Of a stretch of DNA of 64,000 nucleotides, positions 37,806 to 48,368 are shown one piece after another. The position numbers and the translations under genes were made by a program. The stretch is from the NCBI GenBank assembly GCA_003819715.1, contig RPQN01000016.1:2073-66072 (forward strand), given 5' to 3'. Under the pieces are notes generated by a model. That model made no database searches, was not told the DNA's origin, and saw only the letters and a program-made list of their open reading frames with translations. Within the stretch, counting starts at the first letter, position 1. Each line of letters starts with the position of its first letter. Origin of the DNA: Ignavibacteriota bacterium (GTDB lineage: Bacteria > Bacteroidota > Ignavibacteria > UBA10030).

Positions 37806-40800
37806 TTATTTAAGGACTATAAATTTGCCGGTTTTTTCACCTACGCCATCCGCCTTCACATGATAAATATAGATACCGTACGATATCTCCAGGTTGTCTT
37901 TCGACAACATATTCCATATCTCGGTTCCGTCATCGACCGGTGCGTTATGGGTCAGGGTCTTGACGAGCTGACCGTTGACGGTGAATATCATGATGGTGCA
38001 ACTTGAGGGCAAATGTGTAAAATGAAGTTGCCGTTCTCCTCGTCCGTTGGAGTACGTATTTCTGGGTTCCCACACATTGGTGATGATATAGGGATTCGGG
38101 ACGACCCGGACTTTATCGAGATCGATCTTTGCCTGTTCCTTATTGACATCCGGAGCATTCATGGTAAATTCGAAAACGTCATTGTCCAGGAAGGGACGGG
38201 TCAGTTTCACGGTCAAAATGTCACCGGGACCGGGCATCATCGAATCTACCGCCGTGGTCGTCGTCGCTAAATTGACCATCCAGCTCGCAATAAGCGTATC
38301 CGATCCGGGATTAATGGGCGTTAAAAATATTATCTGATCAGCAAGAGACCCTGTTTTATTGATCGTAAATTTCCCGGACCCGTTTGATCGATCCACTTCC
38401 CTGAACGCAAAATCGACTTTTTTATTTGTCAGCGTATTCATCACCGTAAAGTTCACGGGGATCGCAGGGAGCATCGTCGATAATCGGAGGTACGGTTTTG
38501 ATGTATCCATTCCGACATCGCCGAAGATTATTTCGAAATCCCCGCGTATCAATTTTACCGGCGGATTCGTCGAAAGAGTAAAGTTCCTGAACTGGAAATT
38601 CCTGACCGTCGGGCTGCTCCATCGGGAGCGGGACGTATCAATTTTCAATTCACCCGGATTATTCGCGAACGACAACTGGAATCCATCCGTGATCGGCAAT
38701 CCTTCGACTCCTCCGGCTGCGTTATGTTCCAATAACAAGGTATCGTTCGAGGTCATATCGACCAAGGTAAAGCTCTTCGTCGAATCCAATTTATTCGGCG
38801 ACAGCGTATCGGCAAATGTTACGCGATACGTATGATTCCCTTTTATGAGTTGCTGGTTGAATATGGACAACCCCATCGTTGCGGTCGTCGTATTATTCGG
38901 CCCTGCAATAAATTTCGAATCTTTTAAGTTTCCAGGAACATACCCTGCCGAAGGGGCTTCCGGTTTGACCACCGCGACATTGGCGCCTTTTTGAATTTCA
39001 CCGGATGCCTGGACCGCTATAAATTTTGAGCATTCCGACGGATCAATTTTTGCGCTCGCATCACCATGATCATACGATGTGACGGCGTAATAATACGTTG
39101 TCCCGTTGGTCACATTCGTATCGGTCCAGTAATGCTTCAGTCCGGTATCATTGCCCAGGTAAAAATGCACGCCTTGCGTGGCAACTTCTGCAAACCCTTT
39201 TATGCCATTCGCGAGATCGTATTGAACCTCCGGCTTGCGGAAAATAACTCCGCCGTATCCGTCGGTAATGGGTGTTGCGTCGGTCCAGCCTGCATCCGTC
39301 GAACGATAAATTTTATATCCTTCAAAATCTTTTCCGCCGGGATCACTGCTGACCGGATCCACAGATTCTTCTGCACCGCTGTCCCAGAAGAGCGTCACCT
39401 TATGATCACCTGCCACCGCTTTCACCACCGGAATATCCGGGGCTTTGGCAAAATTGTAATTAAGATCATAGGCTTTGGCCACATTAAATTTTGTTCTGTA
39501 TAACTGTGAGGTATCCTGTCCGGTGGGTTCTGCACCTGCCGCAATATACCCGATAGAGAACCGTTCCGTATGGCGAGGAGGTAACGGGAAATATCCGGAC
39601 CCGTAGCTTAGTTCAACGTTGCCGACAGGAGATGTAATGAATGTTCCCGGAGTGAACACTCTCCAGAAAGTTTCATCGTCCCATTGATTGAAGGAAGATC
39701 CCCACGGGTATAAATAGAAGCTGGTGAGTCCGATCATATCGCTTTCGTTGATATCGGTTTCATCGAAACGCGGTTCTCCGTGAGTCGGTACGCCGTCTGT
39801 TTCGCCTTTATCCGGACCGGGATAACCGCGGTCATTGGGACCCAGGCCGTCAGCCCCGACGTCATCTGTCAGTACATTCCAATTTCCATTATTATCAATA
39901 CCATCATCGCGCCTCTCATCTATTAAGAGGTTGTTCGCTCCATCGCCGGTAATGTAATTGATGTACTTATGGCCGGTATAAAGATAATTGGTCACGTTAT
40001 TGTTTGTAATACCACGGTTTTCATCGATCACGCCGTTAAGATTATCATCAAATAGATTGTCTCCTATTTCCTGCAACGTATCCCCGGCCCAGAATTTATG
40101 GATGAACCCGCCGAAGGATACCGAGAGAGTATCGAGGGAGGTTTTCCCAAGCCGTGCCAGCGTATCGGCAAGTGTCGTGATAACACGCCGGTAATGAATA
40201 TCAGTGTAATCTATTAATGCAATTGGTTCGGTTGCTGTGAGAACCTTCTTTTGAAACATACTGACCGTAATGGTGGGTCCGGGACCATTGAGACCATCAT
40301 TATCATTATCAATAGCGTCATAGGGATTCCCGGGACTCTCTAAAAAGCAGGCGCCAAATACTCCTGTATGGATTCCATATTCCGTTCCCCATGATGAATG
40401 TCCTACACCGTCCGCATCCCATGTCCATGCAAGATTTTCCGATACATTATAACTCCCGCCATCTCCGCCTTCACTCCCTTGTTTTGTATCGCCGACATTG
40501 TTTCCGATTTTATACCCGAAAACCACCTTGTTATGCTGATAGGTGCCGATGTTGGTCAGATCGTTGACGGTAAACAGTGCGTCCTGAACAAGTCCCTTGG
40601 ACCACTGGAACCCTCTCACGGACATTCGTATTCCTAATCCGCCCCTGCTGACGTCATTGGTATCCGGCCTGAATCCGGGAAATTCCTGTTTCACATAATC
40701 ATCGGCGACAAAGTAACTTTCTTCGTCTGCATTAAATTTATTCCGGCCGAAATATCCGTTCCATTGTCCCGCCCAGCCGTCGGCGGAATAGTGGGAATTC

Positions 40801-41357
40801 GACGGATCGGCGATATCGGGCCAGTAGGCAGGCCACGTCCCTACGCCGACCGGTTCGATCCATTCCCGCCCTCCTTTGACCATGGCAATTTTATCGTTCT
40901 GCTTATTGGTGAAGCCCGGAAGCGGCAGGAATGTCCACCAGGCACCTGTCGTCTGATCAGGCCCCTTATCTCCGGTTGAAGATTGAATATTGGCCGCCTT
41001 GACCGTTGATTGAATATGACGTAACGTTCCTCTCCCCGTGAGAAATTTTCTCGCGACGGGATCATAATTATCATTCACTTCCGAAATGACATATGTATCT
41101 CCATCAACCAGATACAAATGTCCCGAGTTGATAGGCCATTCCCCAGCCCAGACGTTCGCATTTGATGAGGCGACGATGCCGCATCCCCACGTCCCGTCAT
41201 TCCAGAACGTTGTCCGGAATTGATTCCCGGCATGGAGGCCTTTTTTAAATTCGGTATCCGTTCCGTGGAGATTTGCCATTTGGGCGAACAATAAAAACGG
41301 AAAAATACCTGACAAGAAAATTATTGCTGCTGTTGTTTGATAGACACGCTTTTTCAT
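37806..41357 (-). CDS. Large exported calcium-binding repeat protein (TSP3-like Asp-rich repeats, Fn3 domain) with a T9SS C-terminal sorting domain
   Basis: It has a signal peptide. Several D-x-D-x-DG motifs are present (DNDNDGLNGPG, DDNLNGVIDENRG, DERRDDGIDNNGNWN, DDVGADGLGPNDRGYPGPDKGETDG). The Fn3 segment is KVTLFWD...YKIYRST...TTYYYAVTSYD. The C-terminus VPNPY...IMIFTVNGQLVKTL...GIYIYHV...KFIVLK is type-A CTD-like. Confidence 0.75.
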   Translation of the reverse strand: MKKRVYQTTAAIIFLSGIFPFLLFAQMANLHGTDTEFKKGLHAGNQFRTTFWNDGTWGCGIVASSNANVWAGEWPINSGHLYLVDGDTYVISEVNDNYDPVARKFLTGRGTLRHIQSTVKAANIQSSTGDKGPDQTTGAWWTFLPLPGFTNKQNDKIAMVKGGREWIEPVGVGTWPAYWPDIADPSNSHYSADGWAGQWNGYFGRNKFNADEESYFVADDYVKQEFPGFRPDTNDVSRGGLGIRMSVRGFQWSKGLVQDALFTVNDLTNIGTYQHNKVVFGYKIGNNVGDTKQGSEGGDGGSYNVSENLAWTWDADGVGHSSWGTEYGIHTGVFGACFLESPGNPYDAIDNDNDGLNGPGPTITVSMFQKKVLTATEPIALIDYTDIHYRRVITTLADTLARLGKTSLDTLSVSFGGFIHKFWAGDTLQEIGDNLFDDNLNGVIDENRGITNNNVTNYLYTGHKYINYITGDGANNLLIDERRDDGIDNNGNWNVLTDDVGADGLGPNDRGYPGPDKGETDGVPTHGEPRFDETDINESDMIGLTSFYLYPWGSSFNQWDDETFWRVFTPGTFITSPVGNVELSYGSGYFPLPPRHTERFSIGYIAAGAEPTGQDTSQLYRTKFNVAKAYDLNYNFAKAPDIPVVKAVAGDHKVTLFWDSGAEESVDPVSSDPGGKDFEGYKIYRSTDAGWTDATPITDGYGGVIFRKPEVQYDLANGIKGFAEVATQGVHFYLGNDTGLKHYWTDTNVTNGTTYYYAVTSYDHGDASAKIDPSECSKFIAVQASGEIQKGANVAVVKPEAPSAGYVPGNLKDSKFIAGPNNTTTATMGLSIFNQQLIKGNHTYRVTFADTLSPNKLDSTKSFTLVDMTSNDTLLLEHNAAGGVEGLPITDGFQLSFANNPGELKIDTSRSRWSSPTVRNFQFRNFTLSTNPPVKLIRGDFEIIFGDVGMDTSKPYLRLSTMLPAIPVNFTVMNTLTNKKVDFAFREVDRSNGSGKFTINKTGSLADQIIFLTPINPGSDTLIASWMVNLATTTTAVDSMMPGPGDILTVKLTRPFLDNDVFEFTMNAPDVNKEQAKIDLDKVRVVPNPYIITNVWEPRNTYSNGRGERQLHFTHLPSSCTIMIFTVNGQLVKTLTHNAPVDDGTEIWNMLSKDNLEISYGIYIYHVKADGVGEKTGKFIVLK

Positions 41358-41376
41358 TCTCTAAGTCTCCTCATGT

Positions 41377-44300
41377 TTAATTAAAACCAAGTGACACGCC
41401 GACCTGCACTTGACGCGGCGAAGTGTACCAGCTCGGTTGATTGACAAAATCTTCAACGGTACTTACCCGCAAGTTATTATAGGGCCGTGCAACCTGGCTC
41501 GTCGTGGTGTAATCCGGCGTCCCTGAATCAGAATACACGCTTGTCGCATCCCTTTGATCGAGCAGGTTGTACACATTGAGAAAGAGCTGCAGATCAACGT
41601 TCGAGAGGACACGGAAGGATTTACTGATGGAGAGATCGATGCTTTTTTGATTCGGGAGGCGTGCACTGTTTGTGGTGTACCCGCTCACGGCAGACGATCC
41701 GACTGTGCCCGAACCTGTCGCAGGTGTCGGAGTATAGGGCAAGCCGGTCCAATATCTTCCGATCATGGAAACGATCCAATCCGATATCCCATAAATAAAC
41801 TGGACATTGACGGTATGCTTTTGATCGAAGTTCAATGGGAGGAGCGCCAGGACCGGTGCTTGATTGTTCTGGATGTTGTTGTATTCATCATCTGGATTGG
41901 AATATGTCCCTTCAGCAGATTGGAACGTGTAATCCGCCCTGAACGAAAAATGATCGCTGAATCGTTTTTCGAGCTTTAAGGTAATTCCCTTCACATTTTC
42001 ATAATCCTTATTTTTATAGCTGGAATACCCCGATCCCGTCTGTTGTGTTTCACTGCGTTTCAGATCGATCAACGGAGTTGTTCCAACCCATCCGCGGACG
42101 TCTCGATAAAACAGCGTCACATCGGCACTGATGACATCGGTAAATTGCTGCTGAAGCCCTATTTCGTACATCACGGTCTTCTGGGGCTCCAAATCTGCAT
42201 TTCCCATGACGACGCTGGAGATCGAGCTGCTGCTGGTCACTTTAAAATCCGGATCCGCGTAGAGATATTGGAATTGCGGGATTTGAGAGAAATGACCGTA
42301 GGAAAAGTGCATGATACCGCGATCGGTTATCGGGAATGAAAAACCCAGCCGGGGACTTAACGCCATCTTCGCACTCGCTTTTTTCTGCATAATGGCTCTT
42401 CGTTCATCGGGAGTATATTTTCGGATGATACTATTCGTCAATAACGAATCGATGTATTGATCGTTGGTCCCGCGGTAACTCGCGGGCATCGGAATCCAGT
42501 GTGCATAAATATGTTCATTTTTAAACGGATCATAAATATTGGGGTCGTTTGGATCCACCGGCACGACGGAGTTTGCATCAAAATAATCGAACCGGAGGCC
42601 AAGGTTCAAAATAATATTTTTAAACTCCATTTTATCCTGGATGTACGCTGAAATTTCTTTCGGATTACGGACATAATCATTACGATTCAAATTTCCCTCT
42701 TCAGGAATTGCCGGCTCGAACGGTACTATACTGTTCCCCTGGGCGTCCAGTTTCGCAACGACCTGATAACTGTGAAGAACCAGCTCGTGGAGCCGTGCCT
42801 CCGCTCCAATTTTCAATTCATGAATATTGTCCAGCTGACTCGTCAGATCAAATTTTCCAGCCCAGTAAGACGTACTCCGATAAAAATGCGTCGGATCCAT
42901 TCCGTGGTTCACGAAACTCCACGTCGTCGGTTGACCGAGTGAATTGGGATCGGTGTACCCGTCAGGTCCGTTCGGATCCGAAACATACGTATAGGCATCA
43001 CCCCGGCCAATAATAGAATTCAATGTATCCTGCCCTTGCGGAGTATACGGATTGAACGTTGTTCCGTCCTCTTTCTTCACCAGATAGTTCACTTTTTGGG
43101 TCGGATCCGCGTACTTGTATTGTTCTGTTTTTGAAGTGTACCGCGTTGCCCGGAATTCATAGAAGGTCTTCTGTGAAAGCAGGTGATTGAGTGTAAAGGT
43201 TTGCGTTAACCCCTCGCTATGATTTTCCGGAAGACCATACGGATCATATTTATAATCATGCGATGTAATATTTCCGTTAAAATAATTTCTATCCTGCTGG
43301 GATTTATTCCAGAAGACCCCATAGCCAATTTTCAGAGAGTTGCTCAGGTGGTAGTTTAATTTTCCCTGGATGGAGGTGGATTTGTTTGGATTCATAGGGA
43401 CAATGGAACTATCTCCCGGAGCGCCGTTCGGTTTGTACCAATTGACGCCGTAATAATATCCTTCATCATAAAAATGCCGTCCCATCACAAAGAACTTCAC
43501 CGCGCTGAGGAGAGGCACCGGGCCGCTCAAGTTCAACTCTGCATTATAAATGGGATTAATTTTTTTCAGCGGATATTCCCTCTGACTGTTCACGATTTTT
43601 GTATTTCCGGCGGGATCCGCTTCGGTCGTCACACTTTTGTACATGCTGAATCCGGCGTCATTGCTGATATAATCTCCGCCGTACACTTTAATCTGACCGG
43701 TATATTTTTCCTCGCCCTCTTTTGTGATCGTATTCACAATGCCGGACATGGCCTGACCGTATTCCGCATTGAATGTTCCGCTGATCACCTGGAGTTCTTG
43801 AATCGCCGCATTCTCAACGCGTACTCCATTCGATCCGTCGTACACATCGGTCGTTGCAATGCCGTCCACCCAGTACGAGACTTCACCGGTCCTGCCGCCG
43901 CGAATATGAAGGCTGCGGCGTGCTTCGACAATACCTGCATCCAACCGGAGGACGTCTGAAATGGTCTGGACCGGTAAATTCTTCAACTGATCAGCACTGA
44001 CGGAAGAAAGAGAGCCGGTGTTATCTTTTGTGACGAGCGGCCGTTCCGCGGTAATGACCATCGTTTCCAGTTGAACAGATTCTTCCTGCAGCTGTGCATC
44101 CAGTTTGGTGGTAAGATCGACGTTTACTTTTATGTTGTCGATGCGCAGTGACCGGTACCCGACCATGGAAATGGTCGCGCTGTAGATCCCCGGCGGAATA
44201 TTGACAATCGTGTAATTCCCGTCAAGGTCGGTCGTTGCGCCGAGCGACGTTCCACTGAGAACGATATTCGTGGAGATCAATGCTTCCCCTTTTGCCGCAT

Positions 44301-44406
44301 CGGTGATGGTACCGCTGATTTTGCCCGTAGTACCGGCAACAACCGTACTCATCATCGCCATACATACAAGCAGCGCAATTAAAAATAGTTTCCATTGTTC
44401 ATTCAT
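41377..44406 (-). CDS. TonB-dependent receptor with an N-terminal carboxypeptidase-regulatory-like domain
   Basis: It has a signal peptide and a CarbopepD_reg segment (GKISGTITDAAKGEALISTNIVL...GNYTI.NIPPGIY). It also has a plug domain and a 22-strand barrel, and is 1009 aa. Confidence 0.85.
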   Translation of the reverse strand: MNEQWKLFLIALLVCMAMMSTVVAGTTGKISGTITDAAKGEALISTNIVLSGTSLGATTDLDGNYTIVNIPPGIYSATISMVGYRSLRIDNIKVNVDLTTKLDAQLQEESVQLETMVITAERPLVTKDNTGSLSSVSADQLKNLPVQTISDVLRLDAGIVEARRSLHIRGGRTGEVSYWVDGIATTDVYDGSNGVRVENAAIQELQVISGTFNAEYGQAMSGIVNTITKEGEEKYTGQIKVYGGDYISNDAGFSMYKSVTTEADPAGNTKIVNSQREYPLKKINPIYNAELNLSGPVPLLSAVKFFVMGRHFYDEGYYYGVNWYKPNGAPGDSSIVPMNPNKSTSIQGKLNYHLSNSLKIGYGVFWNKSQQDRNYFNGNITSHDYKYDPYGLPENHSEGLTQTFTLNHLLSQKTFYEFRATRYTSKTEQYKYADPTQKVNYLVKKEDGTTFNPYTPQGQDTLNSIIGRGDAYTYVSDPNGPDGYTDPNSLGQPTTWSFVNHGMDPTHFYRSTSYWAGKFDLTSQLDNIHELKIGAEARLHELVLHSYQVVAKLDAQGNSIVPFEPAIPEEGNLNRNDYVRNPKEISAYIQDKMEFKNIILNLGLRFDYFDANSVVPVDPNDPNIYDPFKNEHIYAHWIPMPASYRGTNDQYIDSLLTNSIIRKYTPDERRAIMQKKASAKMALSPRLGFSFPITDRGIMHFSYGHFSQIPQFQYLYADPDFKVTSSSSISSVVMGNADLEPQKTVMYEIGLQQQFTDVISADVTLFYRDVRGWVGTTPLIDLKRSETQQTGSGYSSYKNKDYENVKGITLKLEKRFSDHFSFRADYTFQSAEGTYSNPDDEYNNIQNNQAPVLALLPLNFDQKHTVNVQFIYGISDWIVSMIGRYWTGLPYTPTPATGSGTVGSSAVSGYTTNSARLPNQKSIDLSISKSFRVLSNVDLQLFLNVYNLLDQRDATSVYSDSGTPDYTTTSQVARPYNNLRVSTVEDFVNQPSWYTSPRQVQVGVSLGFN

Positions 44407-44485
44407 ATTAATTGCCTTTCGTATTATGAGGTTAATGCTTTATGAGTTTTATACACGTACCATTTTCAATTTCATGAGCGACAGG

Positions 44486-45961
44486 TTATTCCCTGGAAGC
44501 GCCGCCCCGTTTATATTTCGAGGGACTCAATTCCGGAAAATCGGGTACGAGAACAGGATACGGCATTCCGGGCTTGACGGCAACCATATCTTTTTTTGTT
44601 AATACGATTTTCGAGAACGCAGAATCGTTGACTGACGCCAATTTGCCATAGGTCATCCACATATCATTCACCACCGATTCCCAATACTTTAGAATTCCCG
44701 GCCCGTCATCTTTGACAATTTTCCCTTCCTGCAATGCCGTGTCAATCACATTTCTTTGTTCTTCATTTGCCAGGAATGCATCTTTCCACATATTCACTTT
44801 CTGGGTAATATCTTCTCCCTGATCCAGTGATTTTTTATATGCTTCCCTGGTCAGGCAATGGTCTTTCATAATATCGATGACCGCTAATCTGAATTGCGCG
44901 TTGAAATTTGCGCTGTCAAGGTCGATGCTTCGGAATAATAACGGCCGCGACATCAGTTCATTTTTAAAATCACCCACCGTCCAGAGGCGGTCCTCAAACG
45001 TAAAGAACGGCGATGCCGGATCCACTCCGTTCGGACCGACGGGGATTTCCGGTATAAAATTGCCCGATGATACAAATTTCTGCTGCTCGGAAATATATTT
45101 TTCCCGTATCCTGTTTGCGAGGAGAAGGAAGGTCTTTTTATCGAATTCTATTTTCTTCCCATGCATCACTCCTGCATGGTAGGCCTGCCAGATTTTCGAC
45201 GCCGCGATCGTATGTTCCTTTTTTCGTACTTCGTTCCATCGCTCCTGCTGATCGACGCCGCTGAGCAGGGGATAGGCAGTCCAGTTGACTACTTTCATGA
45301 CCAGATAGTCATCAGGCCCAAGTTCGATCGGTCCTATCACATCGCCCACATGGAGCGGTTTTGAATACAATGCCTCGTGAACGGTATCCGGTTCTGAATC
45401 GTTATAGGTCACTTTATGCATCGGTCGTTTTTCTGCGAACTCGGAGAGATACTTGAACAGCCCGCCGATCGCTCCCGGTGTGGAATCCATGAATGCTTTT
45501 ACTTCTTGCGCTCTCTCTTTATGCAGTCTGTAAAACTCAAGTTCATATTCCCGTTGAGACAGTTTATAGGCATTTTTTAACGTATTCGTATCTACCTTCG
45601 CTTTCGTAAATGCGACGGTGGTATACAGTTTTTCCCGCATCGCCTGCTCTTTGACGCCTTTCAAGCGGGCGTGAAACCCGGGATTTGACGCAAGTAAATT
45701 CTTCTTTTCCGCCTCCAGTGCAAGAATTTTTTCAAGGAGCAAATTATTCAATGCGATGGATTTATCCTTAGAGTTATCCGGCCTGACGGTCAACTCGCAG
45801 CGCTGCATAAATTCAGCGCCGGTAATTTCCTTGGTCCCCACTTTGGCAAGAACATCGTGGTTCCACTGTCCCTGTACACTCCCGATCCCCAAACAAAGAC
45901 CAAGCGCCACCAGGACTACTCCTGCTTTAAAATTTCGAATACGCACAACGATCTCTCTCAT
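44486..45961 (-). CDS. Hypothetical exported protein (491 aa), first gene of the TBDR operon
   Basis: The ATG at 45961 gives the signal peptide MREIVVRIRNFKAGVVLVALGLCLGIGSVQGQ. I recognise no catalytic motif. It may be chaperone-like. Confidence 0.55.
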   Translation of the reverse strand: MREIVVRIRNFKAGVVLVALGLCLGIGSVQGQWNHDVLAKVGTKEITGAEFMQRCELTVRPDNSKDKSIALNNLLLEKILALEAEKKNLLASNPGFHARLKGVKEQAMREKLYTTVAFTKAKVDTNTLKNAYKLSQREYELEFYRLHKERAQEVKAFMDSTPGAIGGLFKYLSEFAEKRPMHKVTYNDSEPDTVHEALYSKPLHVGDVIGPIELGPDDYLVMKVVNWTAYPLLSGVDQQERWNEVRKKEHTIAASKIWQAYHAGVMHGKKIEFDKKTFLLLANRIREKYISEQQKFVSSGNFIPEIPVGPNGVDPASPFFTFEDRLWTVGDFKNELMSRPLLFRSIDLDSANFNAQFRLAVIDIMKDHCLTREAYKKSLDQGEDITQKVNMWKDAFLANEEQRNVIDTALQEGKIVKDDGPGILKYWESVVNDMWMTYGKLASVNDSAFSKIVLTKKDMVAVKPGMPYPVLVPDFPELSPSKYKRGGASRE

Positions 45962-46193
45962 AAAATAAATTTTCAAATTATGGTGCGCCATCGAATGAAC
46001 ATTTTTTTTGGTATCAATTGACATTCGTCGTCGGAGGATCATGCGTGTCTGGGAAATCACCCGCATGTCACGGTCTGTTGCGATCGTTCATTGATATTTA
46101 CAATTTTATCTGCGAAGAATCCAAGAATTTCAAAAAAATACTTCCGCGGAGAGACGCTGATTCGCTTATGCTCCGCTCCATTTTTCCCCATCT

Positions 46194-46227
46194 CTCTGCC
46201 CCCTTTTCGTATGAGAAGGGGGCAGAG
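46194..46227 (-). terminator. Strong 12-bp hairpin (CTCTGCCCCCTT...AAGGGGGCAGAG) immediately downstream of the CBM-protein gene
   Basis: It is a perfect GC-rich stem with a weak U-tract. Confidence 0.35.
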
Positions 46228-46268
46228 CAGAATGAGAATTCAACCTGATTCCTCTCCAGTGAGAAGTA

Positions 46269-48368
46269 TTATTTCATAAGAACGAGCTTCTTCACATCAC
46301 TATAGGAATCGGCCTTCAGCTTGTAGAAATATATACCGCTGGCCAGCGTTGAGGCATCCAACGTCACCTTATGCGAGCCCGCGTTATAACTTCCTTTCGC
46401 TACCACTTTCACTTCCTGACCCAAGAGGTTGATAACGGTTAATCGAATTTCGCTTTTCACCGGCAATGAAAATTCGATCGTGGTTATCGGATTAAACGGA
46501 TTGGGATAATTCTGCTGCAGGCTGAATGTTCCCGGAACACTATTGGGTGTATTGTGGACGGCATCCGGGTTCAGGGCTCCATAATACCAGACCTTATCGC
46601 TGTCATTATGATAGGTTTGAGGAACCTGCGGGCTGACGGCAACATATTTTAATTTATTATTGGCTAAGAACGTTACGGATCCATGCAACTGCGGATTGGA
46701 CCATAAAACATCGGCCATCCCAGACGACCATGAAATCATACTGCGCCGCTGTGTATCGTCGTTATCCGCAACCTGGATGACTTCACCGAATTTTCCTCCC
46801 ACTCCGGGTTGGATCCGGTTTGTCCCGGCGCTATTGCTGACTGAATTGATGGGCAGGCGCCATTCGAGGACATATCCATCCGATGTGACTTTTCGCGCAT
46901 AGTCATTAATGGTGGAAACCCACGCCACACCATTCTGGAACAGGTTTTTATCAACGCTGAGATTATCCACCGCTTCAGGCACCTGGGCATCATCAACACC
47001 CAATGCCGAAATACCCACCTGCAGTGATGCGGAGGTCGAAATGATCGTCGGATCCGGATTCAGTTTTATTTCAATCTTGTCATTCGACCAATTCGTGGCA
47101 TTGTTATCAAGGACTATATCATCCTTCACTTCCGCATAGTAGTATAAATAGTCCCTGTCCCACGCGGTCCAGACAATGGCGGAACTATTGCTATTCGTGG
47201 CGGGATTATTCGTCGGAGCGGTGCCGATATCCCGGATGTATGCCCTGCAGGGAATAAATATTTTCCCGTCATCGGGATTGGTCAGAGTTTTGTAAAAGTC
47301 ATCTTTATCGCCGTCAATTTTGATACCGAGCGGATCACCCATGGTATTTTCAATAACGGTCACAAAATCAACCCACACATCAAATGTTCCTTTGCCGCCA
47401 AGGAACATTGTATATTTGCAATTGGCATCATCCGCCGTCATATATCCCGATGTATCAAGGACAGTCCGGGTTGCCACATGAAGGCTTTCCGCCTTAAAAG
47501 GCGATAAAAAGCTGTAGGACCCATGATACTGTTGGATTCCCGCTTTAATCATGACATCCTTACTGGCCCGTGCCTTGAACATGGAAAAATATCGTTTACC
47601 GTTCACAACGCCCATCGGTTGTCTGAATTGAACATCGTAGTCGTTCGTTCCTGCATTCGTCACCTGAATATGGGCGGAGAGTGTCCCCTGAATCGCTTTT
47701 GTGGTATCCAGTGTATACGTCGCTGCGCCGGTACCGCTTAATTCCAGCGTCCACGGAGTTGTTCCTGCCTCAAAAAATCCGTTGACAATTTTTTCCGTAC
47801 CGGGTATCTTCAGACCTGCCTCGGCGACAACCGGTGCATTGGATTCCACGACGGAAACATCGTCAAACCATAATTCTGTCCCCACAGGCAACAGTCCGAG
47901 ATTGAAATTAAGTTTTGCAGAGGTATCGGTGCCAATTTCAGAATTCACAACCGAGTCTTTGAACACCTGAGCGACGGTGGTAAAGTCCATGGCTTTTGAA
48001 TAGATCGTGCCATACGGATCATGATCCTGCTGCATCATGGTGGTTTCCGTCGCTGGGGCGCTCGCGCGCGCTTTAAAGGAAATCACATATTTTTTATCTT
48101 TTACGACGGCAAATTTATTGCAGAGCTGGATATGCCATACCGCACTTCCGGCAGTGGTCACCGTGACATGCAAGCTATACGTGCCCGAGATCGGATTCAC
48201 GTTTGAAGCTTCCAATGTTGCTGCACCGGTACCGCCATATTCAAACGACCAGCCGTCCGCATTTCCTGATTCCAAATTCCCGTTCGTCACTTTTTCTTGT
48301 GCGACTGTCACACTGACCGCAAGAACCAGCGCAAGAAAATAAAACAGAAATCGCTTTTTCATATTCAA
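46269..48368 (-). CDS. Non-catalytic carbohydrate-binding protein (2x CBM4/9-like plus a CBM9/DOMON-like module) with a T9SS CTD
   Basis: Two N-terminal modules begin VTNGNLESG..W and IVNGFFEAG..W. The C-terminus QNYPNPFNPITTIEFSLP...GIYFYKLKA...KKLVLMK is a T9SS sorting domain. Confidence 0.7.
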   Translation of the reverse strand: MNMKKRFLFYFLALVLAVSVTVAQEKVTNGNLESGNADGWSFEYGGTGAATLEASNVNPISGTYSLHVTVTTAGSAVWHIQLCNKFAVVKDKKYVISFKARASAPATETTMMQQDHDPYGTIYSKAMDFTTVAQVFKDSVVNSEIGTDTSAKLNFNLGLLPVGTELWFDDVSVVESNAPVVAEAGLKIPGTEKIVNGFFEAGTTPWTLELSGTGAATYTLDTTKAIQGTLSAHIQVTNAGTNDYDVQFRQPMGVVNGKRYFSMFKARASKDVMIKAGIQQYHGSYSFLSPFKAESLHVATRTVLDTSGYMTADDANCKYTMFLGGKGTFDVWVDFVTVIENTMGDPLGIKIDGDKDDFYKTLTNPDDGKIFIPCRAYIRDIGTAPTNNPATNSNSSAIVWTAWDRDYLYYYAEVKDDIVLDNNATNWSNDKIEIKLNPDPTIISTSASLQVGISALGVDDAQVPEAVDNLSVDKNLFQNGVAWVSTINDYARKVTSDGYVLEWRLPINSVSNSAGTNRIQPGVGGKFGEVIQVADNDDTQRRSMISWSSGMADVLWSNPQLHGSVTFLANNKLKYVAVSPQVPQTYHNDSDKVWYYGALNPDAVHNTPNSVPGTFSLQQNYPNPFNPITTIEFSLPVKSEIRLTVINLLGQEVKVVAKGSYNAGSHKVTLDASTLASGIYFYKLKADSYSDVKKLVLMK

